In this document: piece after piece, positions 20,107 through 31,155 of the stretch
How the letters are laid out: every line of letters begins with the position of its first letter
Position numbering within the stretch: the stretch's first letter is position 1
Assembly: GCA_013360215.1 (NCBI GenBank)
Contig: JABWCP010000011.1
Span: forward strand, 1 to 64,000
Source of the DNA: a bacterium
Lineage (GTDB): Bacteria > CLD3 > SB21
Direction of reading: 5' to 3'
Length of the DNA stretch: 64,000 nucleotides
The notes under the pieces: model-generated
What the model was told of the DNA's origin: nothing
The model's input: only the letters and a program-made list of their open reading frames with translations
Database searches by the model: none
Translations under genes and position numbers: made by a program

Positions 20107-20153
20107 AAAAAAAGGGATGTCCCAAATTGATTTCGCAATCCGGGACATCCCTT
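20107..20153 (-). terminator. Intrinsic terminator of the porin gene
   Basis: AAGGGATGTCCC…GGGACATCCCTT with an A7 tract. Confidence 0.8.
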
Positions 20154-20173
20154 CATAAGGGCGTTATAAAAAA

Positions 20174-21253
20174 CTATTTATACACATAAAAAAATGTCAA
20201 ACGCGCTACCACATCGGCGTCACGGGAACTGCCTTTTTTGGCCGAGAAACCGTTGATCCAAATATTGGGCATGAAGTGAACATTTTTGATCGGCATATAA
20301 TCCAAACCTGCAGTAAAGAAATATTCATTGAACCCGGTTTTGGATATTTCGGTGTTTGGATTATATGAATCATAGCGTACAAATGTGTTGAGCTTTTCTT
20401 TGATCACCGGAGCAGAAGCAAATATGGAAAAACCGAACGGTTTTACATCCGTTGTGTCTGTCAATTTCTGTGTTTGCTGAATAACTTCCAAGCCGGCTGT
20501 AGCCATTTCGCTCTGATAAGCAACAAGTCCTTTTAGAGTATTACGGCTATCCACTTTGTTGTATTTTTTCGGATCGGTGATGGATCCTTCATAATCGGCA
20601 TAAATTTCTGTTATAACAGATTTGATGGGTTTAACGCTTAATGATCCGATATACTTTCTGGATTTATTATTTTCCGGTTTTTGACCGTTTCCATTGACGA
20701 CAGATAATGTATAGCCGAGCATTCCGTCATCAAGAAATTTTCCTCTCGCTACAATACCAATATCGGATGCGCCACCCAATCCACGATAGTCTGTAATAGT
20801 TTTTTCGATTGCTCGGTAACCCCAATATTTTTCAGATAACGACCATGTTGCTGTTGGGATCAAACCGATCGCGATGGAGTGATCTTTAATATAATCTTTC
20901 CATTCTAAGTTAGCGAGTTTGATAAAAACAGAATGGCGCCCAGGCACTTGAGCTTTTGATGTGTCTTCGGCCCACTCCATGGCTTTATCGTTTCCTTCAA
21001 GTAAAAATGTGGCGTGGAAATTAGAACTTAAATCATGTTCATAATACAGATACATACGACGTAATTGAAAAGCGCTTTTTTTTCGTAACGCCGGGTCGGA
21101 GTACTGTGTATTGCTTTGAGCTTTTGCTTTGTCGCCGCCCATCTTATAATAATAATCGCCAAATACATAACCGTGGACTTTGCCGGCGGGTTGGTCCTGT
21201 GCAATCGAGGCCGTCGCTACGCACAAGGCGAGCAGTAAAAACATTTTTTTCAT
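20174..21253 (-). CDS. Putative outer-membrane porin, probably phosphate-selective
   Basis: Signal peptide MKKMFLLLALCVATASIA after an AGGAG SD. Beta-strand-rich with FQLRRMYL and NGNGQ motifs. Divergent from pstS. Confidence 0.7.
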   Translation of the reverse strand: MKKMFLLLALCVATASIAQDQPAGKVHGYVFGDYYYKMGGDKAKAQSNTQYSDPALRKKSAFQLRRMYLYYEHDLSSNFHATFLLEGNDKAMEWAEDTSKAQVPGRHSVFIKLANLEWKDYIKDHSIAIGLIPTATWSLSEKYWGYRAIEKTITDYRGLGGASDIGIVARGKFLDDGMLGYTLSVVNGNGQKPENNKSRKYIGSLSVKPIKSVITEIYADYEGSITDPKKYNKVDSRNTLKGLVAYQSEMATAGLEVIQQTQKLTDTTDVKPFGFSIFASAPVIKEKLNTFVRYDSYNPNTEISKTGFNEYFFTAGLDYMPIKNVHFMPNIWINGFSAKKGSSRDADVVARLTFFYVYK

Positions 21254-21339
21254 CTCTTTCTTTCTCCTGATTAAATAGCAGTTGATTGAAAACTGCGGGT
21301 TCAAAATACATGCAAATTTTCGATAAAATAATTCCAATA

Positions 21340-21378
21340 CATTACCCCGATATGATACAAATATTATGGATTTGTTAA
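21340..21378 (-). promoter_or_regulatory. Putative Pho box array for the porin
   Basis: Minus-strand hexamers TTAACA, ATAATA, ATCATA and GTAATG at exact 11-bp spacing. Confidence 0.5.
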
Positions 21379-21473
21379 GCTTATAATATGACAAAAATCC
21401 TATTTCAGATAAATAAATCTGAAATAAATATATGCTACTTATTAATATAAGTATAGAAAAAACAATATTATTT

Positions 21474-21523
21474 ATATCTTTTATATAACAATTTCATAAC
21501 AATTGAATAATCTTTAGAAAACA
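21474..21523 (+). promoter_or_regulatory. Putative Pho box array upstream of pstS
   Basis: ATATCT (21474), ATAACA (21485), ATAACA (21496), ATAATC (21507) and AAAACA (21518) at an 11-bp period. Confidence 0.65.
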
Positions 21524-21594
21524 AGCCAACTATAGATTGCTGCATTATTATATCGAAACAGAAACATGAATTTAATAAACGATCAGGAGAAAGT

Positions 21595-22647
21595 ATGAAA
21601 CACATGCAGCAGTTATTAGCCTCCGCTGTTTTTGCCGGGATGATGATGCTCGGTGCGTGCGGTGATAAGAAAAAAGAAATCAAAAACGAAACGGTGGATC
21701 CTTCCAAAACAACAACAGCTGTTGCCGCTTCGACAGCCGTCAAAGTGGATGAAGGTATTGCGGCTTATGCCAAAACATCCGGTGTTTCAGGCAACGTGAA
21801 TAGTATCGGTTCCGATACGATGAATAACCTCATGACGTTTTGGGCGGAAGCGTTTAAGAAATTTTATCCTAGCGTCAATGTGCAGATCGAAGGCAAGGGC
21901 TCCAGCACGGCGCCTCCGGCTTTGATCGAAGGCACGGCCCAACTTGGTCCGATGTCGCGCCCGATGAAAAAAGAAGAAGAAGATAAGTTTGAAAAAAAAT
22001 ACGGTTACAAACCTACAGGTATCGCAACGTCGTATGACGGCTTAGCGGTGTATGTTCACAAAGACAACCCTATCAAAGGTCTGACGCTGCAACAGGTGGA
22101 TGCGATTTTTTCAAAAACACGTAAAGGCGGCGCCAAAGAAGATGTCGTGACCTGGGGTCAACTCGGCCTTGAAGGGGAATGGAAAGATAAACCGATCAGT
22201 TTGTATGGCCGTAATTCGGCTTCCGGTACTTACGGATATTTTAAAGATCATGCGCTTTTCAAAGGCGATTTCAAAGATCAAGTCAAAGAGCAGCCGGGTT
22301 CGGCTTCGGTCGTGCAAGGTGTGGGAAGCGATAAATACGCGATCGGTTACAGCGGCATCGGTTATACTACCAGCGAAGTGCGCGCCATTCCCGTGGCCAA
22401 AGATGATAAATCGGAATTTGTCGGCGAATCCTACGACAATGTGAAATCCGGAAAATATCCGCTCAGCCGTTATCTGTATGTATATGTTGCCAAACATCCC
22501 ACGAAGGATATGGATCCGCTGACGAAAGAATTTTTGAAATTTATTCTTAGCAAAGAAGGTCAAGAAGTGGTAGTCAAGGACGGTTATATGCCGTTAACCG
22601 CCGATGTAGTCAAACAACAACTGGAATTAGTTGAAAAGAAAAAATAA
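21595..22647 (+). CDS. pstS: Phosphate ABC transporter substrate-binding lipoprotein
   Basis: LGAC lipobox, [33 protein letters not shown] and YPLSRYLY. Confidence 0.95.
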   Translation: MKHMQQLLASAVFAGMMMLGACGDKKKEIKNETVDPSKTTTAVAASTAVKVDEGIAAYAKTSGVSGNVNSIGSDTMNNLMTFWAEAFKKFYPSVNVQIEGKGSSTAPPALIEGTAQLGPMSRPMKKEEEDKFEKKYGYKPTGIATSYDGLAVYVHKDNPIKGLTLQQVDAIFSKTRKGGAKEDVVTWGQLGLEGEWKDKPISLYGRNSASGTYGYFKDHALFKGDFKDQVKEQPGSASVVQGVGSDKYAIGYSGIGYTTSEVRAIPVAKDDKSEFVGESYDNVKSGKYPLSRYLYVYVAKHPTKDMDPLTKEFLKFILSKEGQEVVVKDGYMPLTADVVKQQLELVEKKK

Positions 22648-22662
22648 TCGCACCTAATTTTC

Positions 22663-22699
22663 CCGACGGAAGTCTGCCCGCATGTCAGATTTCCGTCGG
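22663..22699 (+). other. Intercistronic hairpin after pstS (mRNA stabiliser or attenuator)
   Basis: CCGACGGAAGTCTG…CAGATTTCCGTCGG with no U-tract. Confidence 0.6.
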
Positions 22700-22732
22700 T
22701 ATGTTATAACCTAACCGAAAGCTCGTACTACA

Positions 22733-23662
22733 ATGTCAAACGAAGTGTTGATGTGGATCGGTTTCAATGTGTTTGTTCTGCTCATGTTGGCGCTTGATCT
22801 CGGGATATTTCATAAAAAATCCCATTCCGTCGGCATGAAAGAAGCGCTGATTTGGAGCGGTGTGTGGATCACGCTGGCGATGGTTTTTAATATCGGCGTG
22901 TATCACTACATGGGTTCTGAAGCCGCGATGCAGTTTTTGACGGGTTACGTCATCGAAAAATCGCTGAGCGTGGATAATATTTTCGTTTTTGTACTGATTT
23001 TTTCATACTTCGCGGTGCCCGCCGAATATCAACATAAAGTGCTGTTCTGGGGCATCATCGGTGCGCTTATTATGCGCGCCATTCTGATCGCTGTCGGCGC
23101 GGCCTTGATCTCCGAATTCCATTGGATCATATACATTTTCGGAGGTTTTCTGATCATCACAGGTATCAAAATGCTTGTGCAGAAAGAAATGGAAATTCAC
23201 CCGGAATCCAATCCGGTTGTACGGTTTTTTAAAAAATTCATGTCCGTAACACCGAGTTTTGAAGGCGATCGTTTTTTTGTAAAAAAAGATGCCAAAACAT
23301 GGGCCACGCCGCTTTTTGTCGTGTTGTTGATTGTCGAATTCACCGATTTGATTTTTGCCGTGGATTCGATTCCCGCGATTTTTGCGATCACCACCGACCC
23401 TTTCATCGTGTACACGTCCAATGTGTTTGCGATTTTGGGTTTACGCTCGCTGTATTTCGCCCTTGCCAGTGTGATTGAAAAATTTCACTTACTCAAGCTC
23501 GGTTTGGCGTTAGTACTCATTTTTGTCGGCGTGAAAATGACCATCGTTGATTTTTACAAGATACCGGTCGTCATCGCCTTAGCGGTGGTCGCTTCTATAC
23601 TTTCGGTTTCCGTAATATTGTCACTGCTGATTCCCGCAAAATCTAAAACGGAAAAATCATGA
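22733..23662 (+). CDS. TerC/Alx family membrane protein (metal homeostasis)
   Basis: EKSLSVDNIFVF, QHKVLFWGI.GAL..R, DLIFAVDSIPAIFAIT and FAILGLRSLYF. Confidence 0.93.
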   Translation: MSNEVLMWIGFNVFVLLMLALDLGIFHKKSHSVGMKEALIWSGVWITLAMVFNIGVYHYMGSEAAMQFLTGYVIEKSLSVDNIFVFVLIFSYFAVPAEYQHKVLFWGIIGALIMRAILIAVGAALISEFHWIIYIFGGFLIITGIKMLVQKEMEIHPESNPVVRFFKKFMSVTPSFEGDRFFVKKDAKTWATPLFVVLLIVEFTDLIFAVDSIPAIFAITTDPFIVYTSNVFAILGLRSLYFALASVIEKFHLLKLGLALVLIFVGVKMTIVDFYKIPVVIALAVVASILSVSVILSLLIPAKSKTEKS

Positions 23663-25833
23663 ATTTTTTGAACCGGCGACATATTTATGATCGCTTAGCA
23701 AGCGGCATCATTGCCGCGGGCGGATTTGCGCTGATCGTGATCATTTTAGGTATGATGGGTTTTATCATCAAACAGGCGTTGCCGCTTTGGTCCGGCGCTG
23801 AATTGTCAACAGTGTCGGCGATCGAATTAGCCCAAGATACCAATGATAAAAGTGCAATCAAGCTGATCGGTCAGGAGGAGCAGCGCGAAATTCTATTTGC
23901 TCTCACCGATAGCGGTGCCGTGCGTTTCATGCGTACCTCTGATCAAAAAGAACTGCAAACGTTTCACATCCCATTGCATAAGGATGAACACATAATCCAT
24001 GCGATGGAAGCTTTTGCATCGCATCGTATCGCCTGTGTGACGGATCAAGGTCGTATCATCGAAGCGGAGATAAAATTTTCTTCGCAGTTCACCGGTGATC
24101 ATCGTTCCATCATTCCCGAACTTCATATCCTCTCCGTACGAACGTCTTCAAAAACCAAAACGCCGGTCCGTGGTATTTCCTACGCCGTAACGGCTTCGGA
24201 TGCGTATGTTGCCGTGGCGAAAGAGAATACGGCTTATTACTACAAATCATCAGACACGGTGCCGTCACTCGTCGTGACCGATGCGGTGATCCGCTCAATG
24301 GCTATCAATCCATTGCGCGAAGAAATCGTATTGGGATTGGAAGACGGGCACATGGAACGTTGGGATATACGCGAAACCAATGCGCCGACGCGGATCGAAT
24401 CCGTGGCGGCTACCGCTCAAAACGGAATTGCGGTGACAGCGCTGGCGTATCTGATCGGCGATATCAGTTTGATCGTCGGAGATGAAGAAGGGCGTGTCTC
24501 GGGATGGATGGAAGTCAAGCATACCGACGGCAGCAAAAATTTTGCACGCATCCGTGATTTTGATCGGCACGAATCTTCGATACAAGCCATCACGGCTTCC
24601 TGGCGCAATAAATGTTTTGTAACCGCCGATGGCCGCGGTGTATTCAAACTGTTTCATTCAACCAGCAATCGGTTGCTGGTAGAACATAAGTTATCGTACG
24701 CGCCGTCGCAGTTGAGTTATGCACCCAAGGCCGACGGGTTAGTTTTCCTGAGCGGCGAAGGCAGAGTTGAAAATTTTGCATTGCATAATCCGCATCCGGA
24801 AAGCAATTGGCAAACGCTCTTCGGCGAAGTATGGTACGAGAGTTATGATGCGCCGGGTTATACTTGGCAATCTACCGGCGGCACGGATGATTTTGAACCC
24901 AAATTCAGTCTGATACCGTTGATTTTTGGTACACTCAAGGCAACCTTGTATGCGATGCTTTTTGCGGCGCCATTGGCTATCCTGGGCGCGTTGTATACCT
25001 CGCAATTTGCTCATCCTCGCATTCGTACGATCGTCAAACCGACCGTGGAAATTATGGCGGCATTGCCTAGTGTCGTCATCGGCTTTATCGCAGGTTTATG
25101 GCTTGCGCCGTTGCTCAAAAATGTGCTGATCGAATTTATCGCCGTGATAACGCTTCTGCCATTGTTGATCATTCTGTTTGTATTGTTGTTTGATAAGCTG
25201 CCCAAAAAATGGACGAATCCGTTTCGTCACGGCTATGAAGTATTTTTGATGTTGCCTGTCTTGGCGATTTCCATTTGGATCGGCTACATGGTCGGTTATT
25301 GGATTGAAACCAACATGCTTGGCGGTGATGTGCAAAACTGGCTTTATCAAACGCTCGGTATCCGCTACGATCAACGTAATTCGATCATTATCGGCATAGC
25401 GATGGCGTTTGCGGTGATGCCGATTATTTTTACGATTACCGAAGATGCACTCTCCAGCGTACCTAAACATTTGACCAGCGCTTCATTGGCATTGGGTGCG
25501 ACGCGTTGGCAGACGGCGATCAAAGTGGTGTTACCCGCGGCCAGTGCGGCCATTTTTTCCGCCGTGATGATCGGTTTTGGTCGTGCGGTCGGTGAAACGA
25601 TGATCGTACTCATGGCGACCGGCAATACCCCCATTATGGACTGGAGCATTTTTAACGGGATGCGTACGCTTTCCGCCAATATCGCCGTTGAAATCCCAGA
25701 AGCGCCTGAGGGTGGAACACTGTACCGCGTACTCTTTTTATCCGGTTTGTTGTTATTTGTGATCACGTTTGTGGTCAATACGCTGGCGGAAATAGTGCGT
25801 CAGCGTTTGCGAAAAAAATATGCATCCATGTAA
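23659..25833 (+). CDS. pstC: Phosphate ABC transporter permease PstC with large periplasmic beta-propeller insertion
   Basis: VWYESY..P.YTWQSTGG, PKFSLIPLIFGTLKA, KPTVEIMAALPSVV and GFGRAVGETMIVLM. Confidence 0.93.
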   Translation: MNFLNRRHIYDRLASGIIAAGGFALIVIILGMMGFIIKQALPLWSGAELSTVSAIELAQDTNDKSAIKLIGQEEQREILFALTDSGAVRFMRTSDQKELQTFHIPLHKDEHIIHAMEAFASHRIACVTDQGRIIEAEIKFSSQFTGDHRSIIPELHILSVRTSSKTKTPVRGISYAVTASDAYVAVAKENTAYYYKSSDTVPSLVVTDAVIRSMAINPLREEIVLGLEDGHMERWDIRETNAPTRIESVAATAQNGIAVTALAYLIGDISLIVGDEEGRVSGWMEVKHTDGSKNFARIRDFDRHESSIQAITASWRNKCFVTADGRGVFKLFHSTSNRLLVEHKLSYAPSQLSYAPKADGLVFLSGEGRVENFALHNPHPESNWQTLFGEVWYESYDAPGYTWQSTGGTDDFEPKFSLIPLIFGTLKATLYAMLFAAPLAILGALYTSQFAHPRIRTIVKPTVEIMAALPSVVIGFIAGLWLAPLLKNVLIEFIAVITLLPLLIILFVLLFDKLPKKWTNPFRHGYEVFLMLPVLAISIWIGYMVGYWIETNMLGGDVQNWLYQTLGIRYDQRNSIIIGIAMAFAVMPIIFTITEDALSSVPKHLTSASLALGATRWQTAIKVVLPAASAAIFSAVMIGFGRAVGETMIVLMATGNTPIMDWSIFNGMRTLSANIAVEIPEAPEGGTLYRVLFLSGLLLFVITFVVNTLAEIVRQRLRKKYASM

Positions 25834-25845
25834 CGGAATAATGAC

Positions 25846-27471
25846 GTGAAAAATCTTTTTAAAAGCGGCGATATTTTTTTGTGGTTCACCGGTGCCGTAC
25901 TCGGTATGATCATGTTTCTCGTTGCGGGCTTGCTGCTCATCGTAAGCTTGCAAGGTGTGGGCGTTTTTTGGCCGGGCAGTGTGGCGGAAGTCGAACTCAA
26001 AGATGGACGACGTTTTGCCGGCGAAATCATGCAGGAGGAAAATATCCCGCTGACCAATGTGCCGGATGCATATAAAGAAGAAGTGCAAACGCGCATTCAA
26101 ATCAAAACCGGTAATCGCGATATTTATGGGTTGGATTTCAAATGGCTAAACACATACGATATCGCGTCATTGCAGTATCCGGATGACTTCGTAATTATCG
26201 AACGGCGTGAATTCGGTAATTTCTACGGACGCGTGGCTTCGATTTCAGAAAACGGAACAATCATCGCCAGCGGAGCACAGGCGACCGAAACGTTGGATCA
26301 GTTTCTCCGCAAAGCCTTGGACGTGCATGATGAACAACTGCACCTCGAAAAAGGGGAAGGCGGTCGCATCAACCGGGCGATCGAGGATACGCGACTTGAA
26401 ATCAAACGTCTGAAATTTTATAAAGAAGATACGCCGGAATTATTGTCGTCGCTTGAGGCGGAGATTCATCGTTTGCAAGAAGCGTATCAGGGCATTCAAA
26501 AACAATTGGAAACGTTGCATCTGAAAACGAGCGGCATGTATGTCAGCGTGATCACTACCGACGGTCAAACCCGCGATTTACCGGTGTCCAAAATCGTGCG
26601 TTTTTATCAACCCAATACGATGAATACGTTTGAGAAATCCGGTTTTTATATAAGCAAAATATTTGAGTATCTGACGGATGAACCGCGCGAGTCGAATACG
26701 GAAGGCGGCGTTTTCCCGGCTATATTCGGTACGGTGTTGATGGTGTTTTTGATGAATCTGGTCGTAGTTCCATTTGGCGTCGTGGCCGCGCTGTACCTGC
26801 GCGAATACGCGAAACAGGGAATCGCTGTACGATTGATTCGCATCGCGGTCAATAATCTTGCGGGCGTACCGTCGATCGTTTTCGGAATTTTCGGATTAGG
26901 TTTTTTTGTGTACTTCTGCGGCGGCACGATAGATCAACTTTTTTATCCGGATCGCCTTCCGACGCCGACATGGGGCACCGGCGGTATTTTGTGGGCATCG
27001 CTGACACTTTCTTTATTGACGGTGCCGGTCGTGATCGTTGCAACGGAAGAAGCCCTGACTACCGTTCCTAAAGGCGTACGGGATGCGTCGCTGGCGCTGG
27101 GTGCGACAAAGTGGCAAACCACATGGCGCGTGGTCATACCGGCTTCTACACCGGGTATTTTGACGGGTGTGATTTTGGCTATGGCGCGCGGTGCAGGCGA
27201 AGTGGCGCCGCTGATGATCACGGGTGTCGTTAAGCTGGCTCCCAATCTGCCGTTGGACGGATCGTTTCCCTTCTTTCATTTGGATCGCAAATTCATGCAT
27301 CTCGGATTTCATATTTACGACGTGGGTTTCCAATCGCCCAATGTAGAAGCGGCCAAACCCATGGTGTTTATGACGGCGTTGCTTTTGATCACGATAGTGC
27401 TTTTGCTCAATCTGACGGCGATCATCGTGCGTGCGCGTTTACGAAAAAAATATCAAGGTTCGGCATTTTAA
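25846..27471 (+). CDS. pstA: Phosphate ABC transporter permease PstA (long form)
   Basis: [28 protein letters not shown] and [10 protein letters not shown]. Confidence 0.93.
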   Translation: MKNLFKSGDIFLWFTGAVLGMIMFLVAGLLLIVSLQGVGVFWPGSVAEVELKDGRRFAGEIMQEENIPLTNVPDAYKEEVQTRIQIKTGNRDIYGLDFKWLNTYDIASLQYPDDFVIIERREFGNFYGRVASISENGTIIASGAQATETLDQFLRKALDVHDEQLHLEKGEGGRINRAIEDTRLEIKRLKFYKEDTPELLSSLEAEIHRLQEAYQGIQKQLETLHLKTSGMYVSVITTDGQTRDLPVSKIVRFYQPNTMNTFEKSGFYISKIFEYLTDEPRESNTEGGVFPAIFGTVLMVFLMNLVVVPFGVVAALYLREYAKQGIAVRLIRIAVNNLAGVPSIVFGIFGLGFFVYFCGGTIDQLFYPDRLPTPTWGTGGILWASLTLSLLTVPVVIVATEEALTTVPKGVRDASLALGATKWQTTWRVVIPASTPGILTGVILAMARGAGEVAPLMITGVVKLAPNLPLDGSFPFFHLDRKFMHLGFHIYDVGFQSPNVEAAKPMVFMTALLLITIVLLLNLTAIIVRARLRKKYQGSAF

Positions 27472-28313
27472 TGTATATTCATAAAGAGAACACTATGGAC
27501 ATTCGTATCAGTATGGACAATTCCGCGCCGGGTGAATCAACACCGGAGCAAGTTTCACATCGTGTGAAAATCGTTTCGCGCGATATCAATATGTATTACG
27601 GCGCACACCATGCGCTCAAAAACATTTCGGTGGATATTCATGCCAACGAAGTCACCGCGTTGATCGGTCCGTCGGGTTGCGGTAAATCAACATACCTGCG
27701 CTTATTTAACCGGATGAACGATCTGATCGAAAACGTACGTATCGACGGTCAGATTCTCATGGAAGGGCAAAACATCTATGATAAAGATACGGACGTGGTG
27801 GAGCTTCGAAAAAAAGTCGGCATGATTTTTCAGAAGTCCAATCCGTTTCCTAAATCCATCTATGAAAATGTGGCATACGGTCCGCGCGTCAATGGTGAAA
27901 ATAACAAAACCAAATTAGACGGCATCGTCGAACGGTGTTTACGAAAGTCGGCCTTGTGGGACGAAGTAAAAGATCGTCTTCACGCTTCGGCGTACGGATT
28001 GTCCGGCGGTCAACAGCAACGTTTATGTATAGCCCGTGCGTTGGCCGTGGATCCCGAAGTCTTATTGATGGATGAACCATGTTCCGCTCTGGATCCGATC
28101 GCCACACAAAAAATCGAAGATCTTATCGAAGAATTGAAGCGTGATTATACCATCGTCATCGTCACGCACAATATGCAACAAGCGGCCCGCGTGTCGGATA
28201 AAACGGCATTTATGTGGATGGGCGAGTTGATCGAATTTAACGCCACTAAAAAAATATTTACCTCGCCGGAGAAAAAAATGACCGAAGATTATATCACGGG
28301 TCGCTTCGGATAG
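27471..28313 (+). CDS. pstB: Phosphate ABC transporter ATP-binding protein
   Basis: [38 protein letters not shown] and YITGRFG. Confidence 0.97.
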   Translation: MYIHKENTMDIRISMDNSAPGESTPEQVSHRVKIVSRDINMYYGAHHALKNISVDIHANEVTALIGPSGCGKSTYLRLFNRMNDLIENVRIDGQILMEGQNIYDKDTDVVELRKKVGMIFQKSNPFPKSIYENVAYGPRVNGENNKTKLDGIVERCLRKSALWDEVKDRLHASAYGLSGGQQQRLCIARALAVDPEVLLMDEPCSALDPIATQKIEDLIEELKRDYTIVIVTHNMQQAARVSDKTAFMWMGELIEFNATKKIFTSPEKKMTEDYITGRFG

Positions 28314-28364
28314 AAAGACATAAACCTAACCATGAAAAGTTTTGAGAATAAAGGATTATAATAC

Positions 28365-29036
28365 ATGAAAGCTCAGTTTACGGAACAGCTCGGCCAACTT
28401 GAAAAACTTGTTATCGAAATGGGCAGCGTCGTTGAATCGCAGGTCAATAACGTCGTGACCGCGCTGCTGACGCACAATTCGGAATTAGCCCAGACCGTGA
28501 TCAAACAGGACGAAACAGTCGATGCGTTGGAAATGCAAATTGACGAAGCCGTGCTTAATCTGCTTGCTTTGCATCAGCCTGTAGCGATGGATTTACGCGA
28601 CATCATCGGTATTTCTAAGATCAACGGTGATCTTGAACGTATCGGCGATCATGCGCTCAATATCGCGCAGTCCGTGCTGGTGATCAATGAACGCAATTAC
28701 CGCGGCATCCACGCACAGATATCCAAAATGGCCGATATTACGCGGGAAATGCTCAAAGATGCGATTGACAGTTTTATTCACAAAGACGCCGATCAGGCTA
28801 TCGCGGTATGCCGACGTGATGATACGATTGACGATATCAATAAGTTCATGTTTGCGGATGTATTGGCCGGAATGATCAAAGACCCGCAGAGTATTCCGAT
28901 TTCGATGGAGATCATTCGCATCAGTAAAAATTTCGAACGCATGGCTGATCTTTGTACCAATATTGCCGAGGACGTTGTGTTTATTCGTAATGCGAAGTCT
29001 ATCAAACATCAGAAAGAACTACTACAACCAAAGTAA
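28365..29036 (+). CDS. phoU: Phosphate signalling complex protein PhoU
   Basis: Two PhoU repeats: QPVAMDLR…LERIGDHA.NIA and ERMADLCTNIAE. Confidence 0.95.
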   Translation: MKAQFTEQLGQLEKLVIEMGSVVESQVNNVVTALLTHNSELAQTVIKQDETVDALEMQIDEAVLNLLALHQPVAMDLRDIIGISKINGDLERIGDHALNIAQSVLVINERNYRGIHAQISKMADITREMLKDAIDSFIHKDADQAIAVCRRDDTIDDINKFMFADVLAGMIKDPQSIPISMEIIRISKNFERMADLCTNIAEDVVFIRNAKSIKHQKELLQPK

Positions 29037-29041
29037 AGCGT

Positions 29042-29749
29042 ATGTCTAAAAAACCAAAAACCATCCTGTGCGTTGACGACGAACACGATATCCTGGATAT
29101 TCTAACGTACAATCTCAAAAAAGAAGGATACCAGGTATATACCGCGGACAATGGCGATAAAGCGATCACCATGGCGGAGAAAATTCGACCCGATATGGTT
29201 TTACTGGACATCATGATGCCGGGCAAAGACGGATTGGAAGTGTGTAAAGCGCTGAGAGCGAATCCGCACCTTAAAGATGCGCACGTTATTTTTCTGACCG
29301 CCAAAGCCGATGAAGTGGATGAAATCATCGGGCTTGAATTTGGTGCCGATGACTATGTAACCAAACCATTCAGCCCTCGCAAAATCGTAGCCCGCGTGAA
29401 AGCGCTGTTTCGCCGTGTCGAAGTCCAAAAAGAACTTACGGACGACAAAAAAAGCATCATTAAAATCGGCGGTATCGAAATCAACCGGATCAACTATACC
29501 GTACAAGTGGACGGCCAGGAAGTAAAATTTCTCCACAAAGAATTTGAATTGTTGTATTTTCTGATGAATCGGCCCAATATGGTGTTTTCCAGAAACAATC
29601 TTCTTTATCATGTGTGGGGCGAAGATGCATTTTTTGTGGATCGCACCGTGGATGTCCATATAACAAAAATTAGAAAAAAATTAGGCCCGTACGGCGATTG
29701 GATCGAAACCATTCGCGGTGTGGGTTATAAATTCATACAAAACGCCTGA
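29042..29749 (+). CDS. phoB: OmpR-family response regulator (PhoB/PhoP)
   Basis: Receiver domain (LDIMMP, GADDYVTKPF) plus winged helix (EFELL, RTVDVHI..IR.KL, TIRGVGY); pst context. Confidence 0.88.
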   Translation: MSKKPKTILCVDDEHDILDILTYNLKKEGYQVYTADNGDKAITMAEKIRPDMVLLDIMMPGKDGLEVCKALRANPHLKDAHVIFLTAKADEVDEIIGLEFGADDYVTKPFSPRKIVARVKALFRRVEVQKELTDDKKSIIKIGGIEINRINYTVQVDGQEVKFLHKEFELLYFLMNRPNMVFSRNNLLYHVWGEDAFFVDRTVDVHITKIRKKLGPYGDWIETIRGVGYKFIQNA

Positions 29750-29751
29750 TC

Positions 29752-31155
29752 ATGAAAAAAATCAGTTCGCAGATTTCATATGCGACGATCGCACTTTTCC
29801 TGGTAGGAATCGTAGCCCTTCTTTTCGTTGTAGATAATCTTCTTCGCAAAAATCTCCAACACGAACTGATCGAAAACCTTAAAGTTCATTGCTTACTGAT
29901 TGATGAACTATTGCCGGTACAGCCGGATTCGCTGGAGCGGGAAATCCCTATGTATTCGCGTATGGCCGGCGTGCGTATCACCGTGATGGATATCCAGGGT
30001 CGTGTATGGGCTGATTTTGACGGTACGCGTTTTACACGCACCATCGAAAATCACATCATGCGTCCCGAGATACAAATGGCGCTGAGCGATGTGGCGGGAT
30101 TCGGTTATGCGATACGGCATTCCGGTACCGTGGATCAGGATTTGGTTTATACGGTGTATAAGTCGCCTAAACAGCGTTTTGTGCGCGTCGCTCAAAATCA
30201 ATCGTTCATTGACGGCATTACATCACAAGTCCGATTTACGTTTTATTTGGCGTCCGTATTGGTCGTCGGATTGATGCTGTTTCTTACCGTTCGTATAGCC
30301 AAACGCATCACGCGTCCTTTGACTGAGATCATACAGGCTTCGTCGGAAATCAAATCCGGAAATTATGATAAAGAGATCATTGTCCGTGAAGACAATGAAC
30401 TCGGCGAATTGGGTCGTACACTCAATGCCATGTCGGCCAAATTGAAAGACGATATCAAACAGCTCAATAAAGTACAGGAAATCAGAAAAGATTTTGTGGC
30501 CAATGCTTCGCATGAATTGCGCACTCCGATCAGTTCGGTACGCGGGTATATCGAAACATTGCTGGACGGTGCGTATCATGACGAAGAAGTGAGCAAAAAA
30601 TTTCTTGAACGCGCGCATTCTAATATTTTGCGTCTTGAAAATATCGTCAATGATATGCTGGACCTTTCCCGTTTGGAGTCCCGCGATCAATCGCTGAGTC
30701 TGCGCTATTTTAATGTCGAACAAAGTCTGCGTAATATTGTTGCTGATTTTGAAGAGGTGGCACGGCGTAAAAATCTGGATTTGGCATGTACGGTCAATTT
30801 GCCCTCGGATTTCAAATTTATCGCGGACCCGTATCAGTTTGATAAGGCCGTATTGAATCTCGTAGAAAACGCCGTCAAATATACGGAAAAAGGGCGCGTG
30901 GATGTGCGCGCAAAGTTTGAGAATAAGAAACTAGTGGTCGAAGTTGAGGATACCGGCAACGGTATCAAACAAGAAGATACGGAGCGTATTTTCGAACGTT
31001 TTTATCGTGTGGACCGTGGTCGTTCACGGGAACAAGGCGGGAGCGGTCTGGGGCTTGCTATTGTCAAACATGTTATGGAAATTCATAAGGGAACTGTACG
31101 TCTCGAAAGTGAAGTCGGGAAAGGTTCCCGCTTTATTCTCACTTTTCCTGTGTGA
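29752..31155 (+). CDS. phoR: Sensor histidine kinase PhoR-like (HAMP, HisKA, HATPase)
   Basis: ENH..RPEI, DFVANASHELRTP, FERFYRVD.GRSR..GGSGLGLAIVKH. Confidence 0.88.
   Translation: MKKISSQISYATIALFLVGIVALLFVVDNLLRKNLQHELIENLKVHCLLIDELLPVQPDSLEREIPMYSRMAGVRITVMDIQGRVWADFDGTRFTRTIENHIMRPEIQMALSDVAGFGYAIRHSGTVDQDLVYTVYKSPKQRFVRVAQNQSFIDGITSQVRFTFYLASVLVVGLMLFLTVRIAKRITRPLTEIIQASSEIKSGNYDKEIIVREDNELGELGRTLNAMSAKLKDDIKQLNKVQEIRKDFVANASHELRTPISSVRGYIETLLDGAYHDEEVSKKFLERAHSNILRLENIVNDMLDLSRLESRDQSLSLRYFNVEQSLRNIVADFEEVARRKNLDLACTVNLPSDFKFIADPYQFDKAVLNLVENAVKYTEKGRVDVRAKFENKKLVVEVEDTGNGIKQEDTERIFERFYRVDRGRSREQGGSGLGLAIVKHVMEIHKGTVRLESEVGKGSRFILTFPV

Noticed and set aside
22648-22732. yybP-ykoY Mn riboswitch ahead of the TerC gene
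   Set aside because: The gap is only 85 nt and holds one simple hairpin. I could not recognise the four-way-junction motif; an Infernal search would settle it.
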